Below, piece after piece: positions 12,716-24,700 of a stretch of 64,000 nucleotides of DNA. The stretch is taken from NCBI GenBank assembly GCA_001643675.2, contig LSRY02000071.1:108347-172346 (forward strand), written 5' to 3'. The DNA is from Monocercomonoides exilis PA203. Lineage: Eukaryota; Protista; Preaxostyla. The position numbers were made by a program, and so were the translations under genes. Under the pieces are notes generated by a model, which saw nothing but the letters and a program-made list of their open reading frames with translations, did no database searches and had not been told where the DNA came from. Position 1 is the stretch's first letter. Each line of letters begins with the position of its first letter.

Positions 12716-14383
12716 CTATTTGCATCCTTCGGCTATCGTTTTCTGCATACAAATAACTCTCTTCCTGAAACATTCTTTCAGGGAAAGTGTTCTGCCTGCT
12801 CCATCAGATGCCACTACCACGCTTGGTGAAGAAAAATCTGCTGTTGAGTTGCAATCAACCTTCAAATGGCTCATTCCCAAATGGCCACTCGTCATACTGA
12901 ACAGCGCTTCTGCTGCTGAAAGTGTTCCTGTTCCAATCGAACTTGCTTCCCTTCCCTTCCCAATGACTGAAATCTTCTTTGCCCCAATATCAATCGTTGT
13001 TGCTTCGCTTGTGTGATCCCCTTCCATCAGCGTGACTGACAAGCTTATCTGTATTTCACACATCTCAAACGCCTTCTTCACTGTCAGACACGGATTTGAT
13101 CCATTTGCCCCGCAAAATGGAGATGTATCATTCCCACTCACAGAAACATAAATCGTCTTATCCTTCAGCCAATCCTTTTTTGATGTTTGATCAAATGTCC
13201 AAGCACCTGCATTCGAGTAGTTGTATGCATAGCACATTCTCTTCTCATCTGCGTTCGTTGTATAGCATTCAAAGAACGGATTTCCTGAGTTCAAATAGAC
13301 ATTGTAAGTATCAACATATTCAACATCATGCCCATACGGAGTAGAAGTTGTTCTGCACTTGCATTCATGGAAGAACAAAAAATAACAATAATTTTTATCA
13401 TTTGGTGCTGCTGCTCGATTTGGATATAATTCCAAACCTCCTCCATATCCCATTGCTGAACATGAAATAAACTGAATGCTCCTCATTTTGAACTGAGTTG
13501 AAGGGATATTTACACAATACATGCCTCCACCCCCATTGTTTGTCAATGAGCATGAAGTGAAGCTGCAGTCAAATACACACGCACTTTCCCCTCCTCCATT
13601 TTCTGTTGGAATGCATCCTGTTTCTGTAACCTGAAAATTATCAAGGCATAATCCTCCTCCGTAATAATTTGCTCTACAATTCTGGAAGTCACACTCACCG
13701 ATACAAATACATGAAGAAATTACATAAGCGTACATTCCACCTCCGGCCCAGGCTTGCGTGGAGCATGAGTTGAATGTATTGTTAACTACCCCAACAGATT
13801 TGATGTTATAGCACATGATTGCTCCTCCATCATAATACGCATAGCAGTTGTTGAAAGTGCAGTGGGAAACGGACACCGATGCTGACGTCTGGCTGTACAT
13901 GCAGATAGCCCCACCACTCGATATTCCATCTGAAACAGAATCGCTTGTTCCTGTTGTCCTCGATCTACTCCATTCGCACCAAACAAATGTATTCGCTCCA
14001 TTGAATGTTTCATTCTGTCTGTCTGGTTTCAATGGTACCTCTGCAGTTCCTTCGCATACAACATTTCTTGTCCGACAACACCCAATGAATGAGGTGTTTG
14101 AGGCTGTCAAAGAGGCTAAGGGGTTGTTCAGAGAGGGGACAATTCCGCCATCATATGTATCACAAACTGATGAAAAAGAGCAACTGTTCAGAAAACATGA
14201 GGTTTGGGCTGACGCAGTGGTTGAAGGTGAGCATGCCTCATTTGCTGTTGAGATGTTGAAAAATATCAAATGAGAGAGGGATACAAAAGGGATGGAAGGC
14301 GATGAGAGGAATGAGGAAGAAGATGAGATGAGAGATTTTCTTATTGAAACGCTTCCTTCTCTTTTGATTTTTTGACCATACAC
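12716..14383 (-). CDS. Cassette C4: beta-helix repeat protein fragment, module B, extends to VVASDGAG
   Basis: 555-aa ORF, GTG start, no signal peptide; contains all family anchors and WLKDKTIYVSVSGND..CG..SNPCLTVKKAF. Confidence 0.8.
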   Translation of the reverse strand: MYGQKIKREGSVSIRKSLISSSSSFLSSPSIPFVSLSHLIFFNISTANEACSPSTTASAQTSCFLNSCSFSSVCDTYDGGIVPSLNNPLASLTASNTSFIGCCRTRNVVCEGTAEVPLKPDRQNETFNGANTFVWCEWSRSRTTGTSDSVSDGISSGGAICMYSQTSASVSVSHCTFNNCYAYYDGGAIMCYNIKSVGVVNNTFNSCSTQAWAGGGMYAYVISSCICIGECDFQNCRANYYGGGLCLDNFQVTETGCIPTENGGGESACVFDCSFTSCSLTNNGGGGMYCVNIPSTQFKMRSIQFISCSAMGYGGGLELYPNRAAAPNDKNYCYFLFFHECKCRTTSTPYGHDVEYVDTYNVYLNSGNPFFECYTTNADEKRMCYAYNYSNAGAWTFDQTSKKDWLKDKTIYVSVSGNDTSPFCGANGSNPCLTVKKAFEMCEIQISLSVTLMEGDHTSEATTIDIGAKKISVIGKGREASSIGTGTLSAAEALFSMTSGHLGMSHLKVDCNSTADFSSPSVVVASDGAGRTLSLKECFRKRVICMQKTIAEGCK

Positions 14384-14996
14384 CTTTTTTGCCTCTTGGC
14401 GCCTTCCGCAAATAATTTTCTAAAGTCAGATTCTTTCCCCGCCTCTTCTGCTGGAGACGATTGGTTCCTATTAAAAGCAGAAAATCATCTTTTTTCTTCA
14501 ATGCTTCTGAATGGAAACTACATTCAAACATTCTTCATTATCTATCTTCAACAAATTCTCTTTTTCGGCTACTATAATCTGCTGCCTTCTTTCTATATTC
14601 CATTCGCATTCTTCGCTTTTGAATATTCATGCAAAAAATTCTTATTGAAATAAAATAATTATAAAAAAATAAATGATTTAAAATCGTTCAAAGAAAAATA
14701 TGAAAAAAATATAACAGAAACATCAAAGAATTAATATTGTACAAGAAAAATAAAACAAATTATACAGCTAACCTTTTTATTTTGAGTTTTCTTCACACAC
14801 TTTTTCTTCCTCGTTGTTTCTTCTCCTCCTCCAACCAGTATTCCCTCATCCCTCCAATTTCAATCTCAAAACCCTTCTTCTCCATCTCCGCTTTCCATCT
14901 CACGACCAATGAAATCGATCCTCTTCTGCTTCCAAATTTTGTTCATTTCCTTTCCTCATCATGGCTTCCAGCCGAATAATTCCAACAGCCAAAATA

Positions 14997-16574
14997 TTAA
15001 AAATAGACGATGGAGACAATATAATTGAAGATACTAAAACAGAAATTGAAGATATTAATGAAGAAGAAGAAGAAGGTGAAAATGTGTCTGAAGGAGATGA
15101 AAAAAATAAAAGGAAGAGAATAAAAATACTGCAGAGCAGAGAATAAAAGCAAAACAGCTCCTGTTCCAATCACGCTCTTCTCTTTGCCCATTCCAATAAC
15201 TGAAATCTTCTTTTCTCCAATATCAATCGTTGTTGCTTCGCTTGTGTGATCCCCTTCCATCAGCGTGACTGACAAGCTTATCTGTATTTCACACATCTCA
15301 AACGCCTTCTTCACTGTCAGACACGGATTTGATCCATTTGCCCCGCAAAATGGAGATGTATCATTCCCACTCACAGAAACATAAATCGTCTTATCCTTCA
15401 GCCAATCCTTCTTTTCCTTGTGCTGATATGTCCAACCCTTAGAATCCGTATAATCATATCCGTAGCATACTCTCTGATCATCTGTATTTGTTGTGTAACA
15501 TTCATAGAACGGACTATTCGAGGATAAATACAGGCTATATCGATCTTCATAATATACATCATGGCCATGAGGCTGATCTCTTGAACATCTACATCCGTGA
15601 AAGAAAAGGAAGAAACAATAATAATCATTGACAGGCGCTGAAGTCTTGTCTGGAAACAAATCCAATCCCCCGCCATGCGAAAACGCTGTGCACGATATGA
15701 ATTTGATATTTCTCATTTTGAATTCTGTTGCGGGCACACTTCGACAATACATGCCTCCGCCATATGAATTTGTGACTGAGCATGAAGTGAAACAGCAGTC
15801 AAACACACACGCACTCTCCCCTTCTCCATTTTCTGTTGGGATGCATCCTGCTCCTGAAACCTGAAAATCATTAAGATAAAGTCCTCCCCCGCCACTGCTT
15901 GCTTTGCAAGTCTGGAATTCGCATCCGCTGATCCGAACACATGTTGAAATCGCATGAACGCACATTCCTCCGCCAAATTGATTTTGAGCAATACAAGAAT
16001 TATAAAAGTTGTTTCTGATGTCCACCGATTTGATTGTATGTGCCATGATGGCTCCTCCATCCCAACTTGCGTAACAGTCATTGAATGCACAATGCGTAAC
16101 GAACATTTCTCCAGACTTAAGATTATGCATATAAATCGCACCGCCATTCGAACCGCTATCAGAACCGTCTTGAACATTTCCTGTAGCCTTTGATCCATTC
16201 CACTCGCACCAAGTGAATGTATTCGCTATATTTTCTGTAATGCTTTGTCTCTCTGGCTGTTTCTTATTATCTGCATTTCCTTCACATACAACGTTTTTTG
16301 TCCGACAACACCCAATAAATGAAGTGTTTGAGGCAGTCAGAGGGGCCAAGGGATTGTTGAGGGAGCGAACAATTCCGCCATCATACACATCGCAGACTGA
16401 TGAGAATGAGCAGCTGCTCATAAAACATGAGGTTTTGGTTGACGTAGTTGTTTGAGATGAACATTCCGATGTTGCTGTTGAAATATTGAAAAAAGTGAGC
16501 TTGGAAAGGGATACAAGAGGAATGGAACGTGACGAGAGAAATGCCGTTGAAGATGAGAAATGCGATTCATTCAC
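14997..16574 (-). CDS. Cassette C5: beta-helix repeat protein fragment, module B
   Basis: 525-aa ORF, GTG start a few codons after an in-frame TGA; family homology ends at IGTGA and the remainder is read-through into low-complexity flank. Confidence 0.8.
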   Translation of the reverse strand: MNESHFSSSTAFLSSRSIPLVSLSKLTFFNISTATSECSSQTTTSTKTSCFMSSCSFSSVCDVYDGGIVRSLNNPLAPLTASNTSFIGCCRTKNVVCEGNADNKKQPERQSITENIANTFTWCEWNGSKATGNVQDGSDSGSNGGAIYMHNLKSGEMFVTHCAFNDCYASWDGGAIMAHTIKSVDIRNNFYNSCIAQNQFGGGMCVHAISTCVRISGCEFQTCKASSGGGGLYLNDFQVSGAGCIPTENGEGESACVFDCCFTSCSVTNSYGGGMYCRSVPATEFKMRNIKFISCTAFSHGGGLDLFPDKTSAPVNDYYCFFLFFHGCRCSRDQPHGHDVYYEDRYSLYLSSNSPFYECYTTNTDDQRVCYGYDYTDSKGWTYQHKEKKDWLKDKTIYVSVSGNDTSPFCGANGSNPCLTVKKAFEMCEIQISLSVTLMEGDHTSEATTIDIGEKKISVIGMGKEKSVIGTGAVLLLFSALQYFYSLPFIFFISFRHIFTFFFFFINIFNFCFSIFNYIVSIVYF

Positions 16575-19500
16575 TGAAATTCTTCATTTTTTGCCTCCTT
16601 CTCTTCCTCATGCCTCTTGGCGCCACGAAGCAAAATATCTAAATAAGCTCAGATTCCTTTTTCCAATCTCTTCCGCCCCTTCTTCATCGTCTGCTTTCCC
16701 GGTATTCCTTTTCCTTTTGTTTCCATCTTTTGCTCCTAACCTTGTTCCATTCGCATCCATTCATTTTGAATATTCACGCAAAAAACCCCTGCTATCATTA
16801 AAAAAATATATATTTAATAAAACAAAATTTATAAAAAATACAAAAATATAAAATTGTAATAAAAATTTCAATTAATTAATATGAAAAGCCCCGTACCATT
16901 TTCTTTTCACCATCTTCCACTTCTTCTTCTCGACTTTTTCTCAAATTTCTTCTTCTGCCATATCATCAATTCCTTGATCTCATTTTTCGCTTTAAACAAG
17001 TTTCATCGTAAATGCCTTCCAAAACCTTCAAATAAAAATATCTTCTTCTCGTTTCCTTGATATTTCATCCGGCTCATTTCTCATTACTCCCCTCCAATTA
17101 TTATGTCCTGATTTCTTTTAATGCATCCAATATCCCCTCTTGACATATTCCTTGTTCATTCATTGCCATTGAGCAGTCCTGTGAAAAAACCTAATTTCAT
17201 AAATAAAAAATATATAAAAAATTAAAATTAAAAAAATATAAATACGCACCCTTATAATGATCATTCTTCTCAAACTTTCTTCTCCTCCTCCAAATATCGT
17301 TCCTTTCTGCCTATAGATTCCATCTGTCTCGTCTTCGCTTCACCTCCAATTCCTCAAAAAATATTAGTCAAAGTCCAACTTCTTGTTCTGCTTCTCTCAA
17401 ATAACCTCCACAAACTCCATTCTATAAAAAAATGAAAAGACATGAGCATTCTATCTGAATAACCCCTTCCCATCCCTTTCCGCTGTATCGCCTTCTTCTT
17501 CTCTCCGTTTCCTCCAAAACAACAACAACGCCCCTCCACCACATATCCTCCATCTCTTCCATAAACAATTGCAAAATTCCTTTCTTTTTCACTCCTTGTA
17601 ACACCTTTTCCCATCATCCTTCTCTAATCAAAAAATAAATACCTCCATCCTTTTTCTGTCTCTTTCCATTGCAAAACACCTCCCATAGTCAGCTCCTCAT
17701 CTTCCTCTGTCTCCACACCTCCAATGCAAAGTGCCAGCGCTGATGTTCCTTCTTCCCGTCTTCCTCCGCATCCGCCTCCAACACTTGTCCTGCAAATGAG
17801 AGGCGCGGCCAAACGGTTCACAAAATAAATTATATAAAAATATGAAGAAAATTTTTCTTCACTTTTTTTTCTTCAACCCCGCTTCCCCCTCTAATTATAC
17901 ACGCACTCACAAAAACTTTTCCACCTTGCCCTGCCTCATATGAACCCCCTCTCTCTCCCTGCATTTGAAAATAAAAAAACATCTCCTCCACACATCTCTC
18001 CATCTCTAATCCTCCACTCCGATAAATATATTCCATTCGCTTCACCCATCTTTTGCCCTTCTTGTTTTCCCCTCTTATCCCACCTCCTCCACATCAAATT
18101 CCTTTTCTCCACAATAAACACGACTTATGCACCTTCCAACTCACAAAAATCTCAAAAATAACCCCTCCAGGCTCCATCCTTATCCATCTCCCACACATCC
18201 ATTTTGCCTCTGAAATATCACTAAAACACCTCTTTCTCCCCCAAAAATCTTCCTTTTATCGTTTCATTTCCTCTCAAAACCCTGCCTCCTCCAAAAACGT
18301 AACTTCATCACCCCACGCCATAAATCCATCCTATTGTTATCGCATTGTCTTCATATGCCCGTTCAGCCACGACACATCGAGTTGTGCTCCTTTTCTTTTG
18401 TGGCTCTTATTCGTTATGGAACATGATCAAGCAATATCAAATGCTCAGAAACTGCCAACGGAGTGAGACTCCGAAGCTAAAACAAAGGCAGATTGACCAA
18501 GTGAAATATTTCCAGCGAATGGGTTGAGTATTGCAAAAGAATATTTGTTTGATGGAAGATGAAATTGTTCATTTTGATTGATGGAATGCTGTGGAGCAAC
18601 AATATTTTCGATGGAAATGAAGAATTTTCAATGTATGCATTTTATATTGTTCTATATGTTGTGAAGATATTTCCGTCCGTATCCTCTCCAAAGTCGTGAT
18701 TCAGACGATTTATTTAAAATGGACAATCTATTCTTTGCAGAGCAGAACAGCGAGGAAGTGAGCCAAATATTTTCTTACAAATATATTAGAGCCTGAATGT
18801 ATTTTATCATAAATATTTATGTTACAAATTTTGGACTCAACATGCACAATCGATAGAAATGCGATGAATATGAATATTAATGGAGCGGAAATCAACGGGG
18901 TTGGAAGATATCCAAGGCCAAAAGGAAGAATGTCCAATCTCTATGAAAAGGGAGCGATTTTTTTGAAAAAAGGAAGAGGACATTTTCAGAAAAAGCATTG
19001 TTGGAAAGATTGGGGCAAATGACTGAAACAGGAGATTGAAATCAGTTTGGACAGAACAAGGAGCCTTTCTTTGGAGAAGAAGGGCAAGACATTGATTTTA
19101 CGGACCAAGGGGAGCGATGGAACTGGAATTCATTGCTTGGCTTTTGAACCAAATATACGAGAAAAACAGGCAGTTTGGAGTAATACAGGCAGCTGGAGGC
19201 AAATGATAGGCAAAATGGACTTTGAATCATTTTGCTATCGCCTTTTGCATTGCATCATCGAAGGGTTATTCACAAGAGCAGAGAACGAGGTTGCGATGCT
19301 GAAGATATCTTCTGACAGAAGACACATAGTATTCAAACTTGACAATAACATCGCATTCACCATCTTCATCATCTTCATCTCTGTCATTGCCATCATTGCT
19401 GTCATTATCTTCTTCTTCTTCATTAAAAATTATATTGAAGCATTTTTATTATTTGTGTGTTATTCGAGCGGAATCAGTGCCGAGGATTGGAAATAAAGCA

Positions 19501-20233
19501 AGTTGTTGGAAGCAGAACAGAATCAATTCCATTGGCAATGAAATTGGCAGCGGAGACAGATCAGCTGGATGTTGTTGGCAGAAAAGAACAATATTTTGAG
19601 AGGCACTCGAAGAAGAAGAAGAAAGCGTGTGAAGATTGGCAATAAATATATTTTTAGAGTGTGTTTTGTATTATTTTTTTTCTCTATTTTTTCAAACATT
19701 TTATTTTATTTATTTATTTTATTTTGAGGGATTAAGATTTATGGAAGGACATTTTCAGGGAATGAATGAACATGGGAAAAAGAGCACATTGGATGCTTTT
19801 CAGAAATCAAGCAATGACAAAAATTTTGAGAATATCGAAGAATGAGCAAAAGAAGATAAATGAAATGAATGGAAGAGAAGACCTTTGAAGATTTATGTTA
19901 AATTTTGAAAAAGAAGGAGGGGAAGCGACAGAAAAGAAAAATCGGAAAATTGAGGAAATGGCTGAAGAAGAAATGTGACAGGAAGTCAAGAAGGATATGA
20001 AGATGAAGAAAAGGAAGCAGATTGCGAAAAGAAAATGGTACTGGTTTGTGATATTTTGTATTACATTTTAAATATTTTTTTTCTTTTTTTTTTAATTGAT
20101 AATAGGGACTTTTGCATGAATATTCAAAAGGGATGAATGCGAATGGAATACAGAAAGAAGGCAGGAGACGAAAAGCGGAGAAAAGGATATTTAAAGAGAG
20201 CATGTAATCAAAAGAAGTGGAAGAGGCAAGACA

Positions 20234-21763
20234 ATGGGATATGAGCTTCTTGAGATATTTTGCGACATGACTCCAAGAGCAAGGAGAAGAGAAGGAGGCG
20301 AAGATGGAAGCGTTTCGACATGCGAATCTCTTATCTCATCTTTAACAGCATTTCTTTCATCACCTTCCATTCCCCTTGTATCCCTCTCCAAACTCACATT
20401 TTTCAATATTTCAACAGCAAATGAGGCATGCTCACCTCCAACCACTACGTCAACCCAAACCACGTGTATGATGAACAGCTGCTCATTCTCATCAGTTTGT
20501 GACGTTTATGATAGCGGGATTGTTCATTCCCTCAATGACCCCTTGACCTCTTTGACCACCTCAAACACATCATTCATTGGGTGTTGTCGAACAAAAAATG
20601 TTGTATGTGAAGGAAAATCAGATGGAAAGTTGACTCCTGGGAGGCAAAACACAACAGATAATGGAGCGAATACATTTGTTTGGTGTGAATGGAATGGATC
20701 AAAGACAACAGGAGAAAGTGACTCGTATGCTGATGGAATATCGAGTGGCGGGGCTATCTGCATGTACAATCTCAATTCTGGAGAACTTTTTGTTTCGAAT
20801 TGTCTGTTTAATAACTGTTTTGCATTCAGCCGTGGGGGTGGGATTATGTGTCATACAATCAAATCTGTGTATATCGAAAATAATGTGTTCAATGCTTGCA
20901 CAGCACAAAACCATTACGGAGGAGGATTATATGTTGTTACGATTTCATCGTGTGTTCGAATCAGCGGATGTGAATTTCAAAATTGTAAAGCAAATTATAA
21001 TGGAGGAGGTCTTGATCTTGATAATTTTCAGGTTTCAGTACAAGGATGCATTGGAACAGAAAATGGAGAAGGGGAGAGTGCGTGTGTATTTGACTGCATT
21101 TTCACTTCGTGTTCAGTCACAAATTCATATGGTGGAGGAATGTTTTGCCAAAGCGCTCCAATTGCATTTAAAATGAGGAGCATTCAGTTTATTTCGTGTA
21201 ATGCATCGTTATATGGGGGAGGATTTTGGTTTCATCCTGCTCAATCAACAGCACCTAATGATAAAATTTATTGTTATTTTTTGTTCTTTCATGAATGTCA
21301 TTGTTCAGCCAATCCTCCTTATGGGCATGATGTGATGTATTATGATAAAAATAATCTCTATATATCCCAAAATAATCCATTTCATGAATGTTACACAACG
21401 AATACAGATGAGCAGAGAGTATGTTATGGATATGATAATACGGGAAGTAGTTGGACATATGACCAAACAATGAAAAAAGGTTGGTTGAAGAGAGGGATTC
21501 TCAACAGATTTGTGGCAGTGAGTGGAGGAAACGCAGAAGAGTTGTGTGGATTGGACGAGTCAAGTGCATGCCGAACCATTGGTGTTGCAGTTGAAAAGAG
21601 CGTGATCCAGGTGAGCCTGTCAGTCACGCTGATGGAAGGGAATCACACAAGCGAGGCAACAACGATTGCGATTGGAGAGAAGAAGATCTCAGTCATTGGG
21701 ACAGGCAAAGATAAGTATTCGATTGGAATAGGAGCACTTTCATCATCTTCTTCTTCATCATGA
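20234..21763 (+). CDS. Cassette C6: beta-helix repeat protein fragment, module A
   Basis: 509-aa ORF with family anchors, ending GALSSSSSS*. Positional mirror of C13 in P2. Confidence 0.8.
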   Translation: MGYELLEIFCDMTPRARRREGGEDGSVSTCESLISSLTAFLSSPSIPLVSLSKLTFFNISTANEACSPPTTTSTQTTCMMNSCSFSSVCDVYDSGIVHSLNDPLTSLTTSNTSFIGCCRTKNVVCEGKSDGKLTPGRQNTTDNGANTFVWCEWNGSKTTGESDSYADGISSGGAICMYNLNSGELFVSNCLFNNCFAFSRGGGIMCHTIKSVYIENNVFNACTAQNHYGGGLYVVTISSCVRISGCEFQNCKANYNGGGLDLDNFQVSVQGCIGTENGEGESACVFDCIFTSCSVTNSYGGGMFCQSAPIAFKMRSIQFISCNASLYGGGFWFHPAQSTAPNDKIYCYFLFFHECHCSANPPYGHDVMYYDKNNLYISQNNPFHECYTTNTDEQRVCYGYDNTGSSWTYDQTMKKGWLKRGILNRFVAVSGGNAEELCGLDESSACRTIGVAVEKSVIQVSLSVTLMEGNHTSEATTIAIGEKKISVIGTGKDKYSIGIGALSSSSSSS

Positions 21764-24700
21764 ACTTCTCCCTATTTATCATTTATCCTCGAGAAAAAGT
21801 GATTCAACAGCTTCGGTTCATTTCATGTCAACCATTAATCAACAAAAATCTTATTTTCAACATCCCTTCTCTTGTTATTTTTTCCGAGCAGGCATTTGAG
21901 GTAATGAAGAACTCGGAGCAGAAAGACAGAATCAGAGCATTTGTTGATACTGCTAATTGCGAAGGATATGCTTAATATTCATTTGTTCTTTCCAACTTTT
22001 TCATTAATAATTTTTTTTTGTTCAAAAAAAGCTTCTTATCCATCTTTTTATTCCTCATTTTCTTCTTCATCCTCATCTCAATTTTTTTATTCTTTCCTTT
22101 CCTTTTCTTTCCTTTTATTTCCTTGTGTTGTCTTTTTTTTTCTTATGTTTCATCAACTTAAACTGAATAACAATGAAGTTTTTTTTTTAACTTTTTCTTT
22201 ATTGGATGAAAATTGATTGGAACAACACGTGTCGATTGAATGACATATTGTGTGAGAAAAATCAAAAAATCAAAACAAAGGAGAAAACAAAAGAAAACAA
22301 TGTTGAATGCCATGGAGAAATAGGATTGTCCATTTTTAGGGAAAGCTTTTCAGCTCCAAATGGCTATTCGATGCATCGGCTGGCTGAAAATATAAACATA
22401 TGTGATAATAAAATTCAATCTGTTGATCAAATAATGTTGGCGAAAGCCAAAAACAAAAATCTGTTTGACAAAAATGAAAAAAGAAAAAATCTAATTCGAA
22501 AATAATCAAAGAAAAAAATAATAAAAATAATAAGAATATTTAAATACCATCGAAATTGATGAAGCAAATGATGATATCCTCGTCCTCAGAAGATAAATTC
22601 GTCATTATTTCGCAAGTGCTTCTTGCACACCAACACCAACTCCAATGCCAACACCAACAGACAGCACAACAGCTGAGCCTCATCTCTTCCAATAGGTCAC
22701 TTCTCAAAATGACAAATTTCTTTCTTTTTTTTCTCTTTTTCTCTTTCTCTCTTTATGTTTCTCCTGTTTCGCAGTTGCATCTCAAATCATTCGCATCTTC
22801 TATCTGACAAAGCACACAGCCTTCTTCTGCTCTGCTTATCCCCCTTGCTGTCTCAGATGGCCACACACACGCACACACACAAACACCTCTTCCTTTCCCA
22901 ATGCAACAAATTGGCGCTCAATTCCTCATCAAGAATTCATTTCTTGCCTTTGAAAAAAAAGATACCCATGTTGAAAAGAAAAATCGTGAAAATTGTGCTT
23001 TTCTTCTTCTTTTCCCTCTTTTCTGATGAAAAATCAATTGATCAAAAAAAGATAAATAAATCAATTAATCAATAAAACAAACAAACAAACCTTCAAACAT
23101 CATCAATTTGAATGTCTCTTCACCCATTTTCCCCCTTCCATTGCAAATATCAAATGAATATTTCATCCCATCTTCATTTCTTCATCCAAATTGCTTGGCT
23201 GTTTCCTCCTCAATAAAGAAAGCAATTAGCGAATAACGCTCTTCATTCATCTCTCTGCCTCAATCGCCTTCTTCTGATCTGTCATTGAAATGTGATTGAA
23301 ACAAACAACGAAGAAATAATTTCATTTTCGTTATAAGAACTTTTTTGTGTGAATCAGTGAAGAATGATGATGTTGTTGTTGAAGATGGCTTCGTATTCCA
23401 ACAAATGCTGCAATCAAATAGAACCAATGATGGCAGGGGAAGGATGTTCATCATTGATTGAATGGCAAATGGCAGTCTCGTTGTCTTTTCATATCGTTTC
23501 TTTGGTAGAGTTTCTCCACTGAGGCTGAAATTGGTGGTAAGACAATGAATGTGGTGAAGAAATATGTAGAATTTCTTTGTAGGAGGACAATAATATGCTT
23601 GGTCGAAAATCATGTTCCGAGGCTCCAATAACGCTTCTTTGGAGGGAACGGTGAATAACTCAAAAAGGATCAGTGAAAAATCATCAAGACTCAATCTGCA
23701 AAAATGCTTGCGAAAAGCTTCATCAGCTCAATCCATGATACGAATTATTGCATTTCGCTCATATGTGAGGGCAAACAAATTGCTCTGTTCAAATCAACGG
23801 AGAAATTGCGACAAGCAACCAAAAAATCGTCATCGGCTCAAGTCGGCAAAGACATCGAAGAGAAAATATCGGATATACGCTTGATCATGTAGCAATACTC
23901 CAAGTATTCTCACTCCACGTGATTTGTGAGGGATTCTGTTCTGCAATGTTTTGTAAAAAAAAAAATAAATTCAAATACAGCATCGGTTGTTGTCCAAAAA
24001 AAAAGTGCATGAAATCCATGCGGCAGAATTCATGTTTGGCGATGTACAACCGGTATTTCGAACAATCGCACACAATCTTGAGTGTTCATGAAAACATCTC
24101 GTTTCTTGTCGTTTCCCCTCCTTTCATCCAAAATACAAATTGGAAAGATTCCGTGAAGCTGCTCGTGCACCAGACTCTGTTGGTGGGTGCCCAGTAACTG
24201 TGAGTGTCTTTTTGTGGAACAACTGCTGGAACAAACAGAATGAGGAAATTTAGTGATTTCGATGCAAAACTGTTCATTGTTCGTTCCAAAAAAGACATGT
24301 CATTTTCGGTAATGAAGCACCTGGCAAGCCTCTCCATTCTGCTCGCGATGTCACATCGTTGCTCAGAAAGTATTCGGTGTTTCTGGAGAAAAAAAATAAG
24401 TTTTGTTCTCACAAAATCACATTCCAACTTATATTTCGATCAATAAATTAGAAAAAAACAATCAATCAACTTGAATTCAACAAAAAATAAAGATAATAAA
24501 TTATTATTAATTGTGATTATTGTTGATAGTTGTTTTGTTGCAAAAGGCGAGTTTTGAATCGTTTCTTTTTTGAAAAAAATATATTTGAAAAATTCGAAAT
24601 AAATATCATTTCAAGGAATTTGGACAAGATAACAGTGAATCCGCAAACCGTGATATCAAAAACTCTTTGTCTAAATATCTTGTTGATTTGAACAAAAAAA

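Larger units (their letters stand above)
11582..17880 (-). repeat. Palindrome P1, right near-identical arm
   Basis: Reverse complement of 5025-11321. Confidence 0.95.

Noticed and set aside
14997-15160. Hydrophobic C-termini of C2/C5, C8/C11 and C13 as TM or GPI anchors
   Set aside because: They are read-through into T-rich flanks, are not conserved across the family, and change frame between mirror copies C2 and C5.
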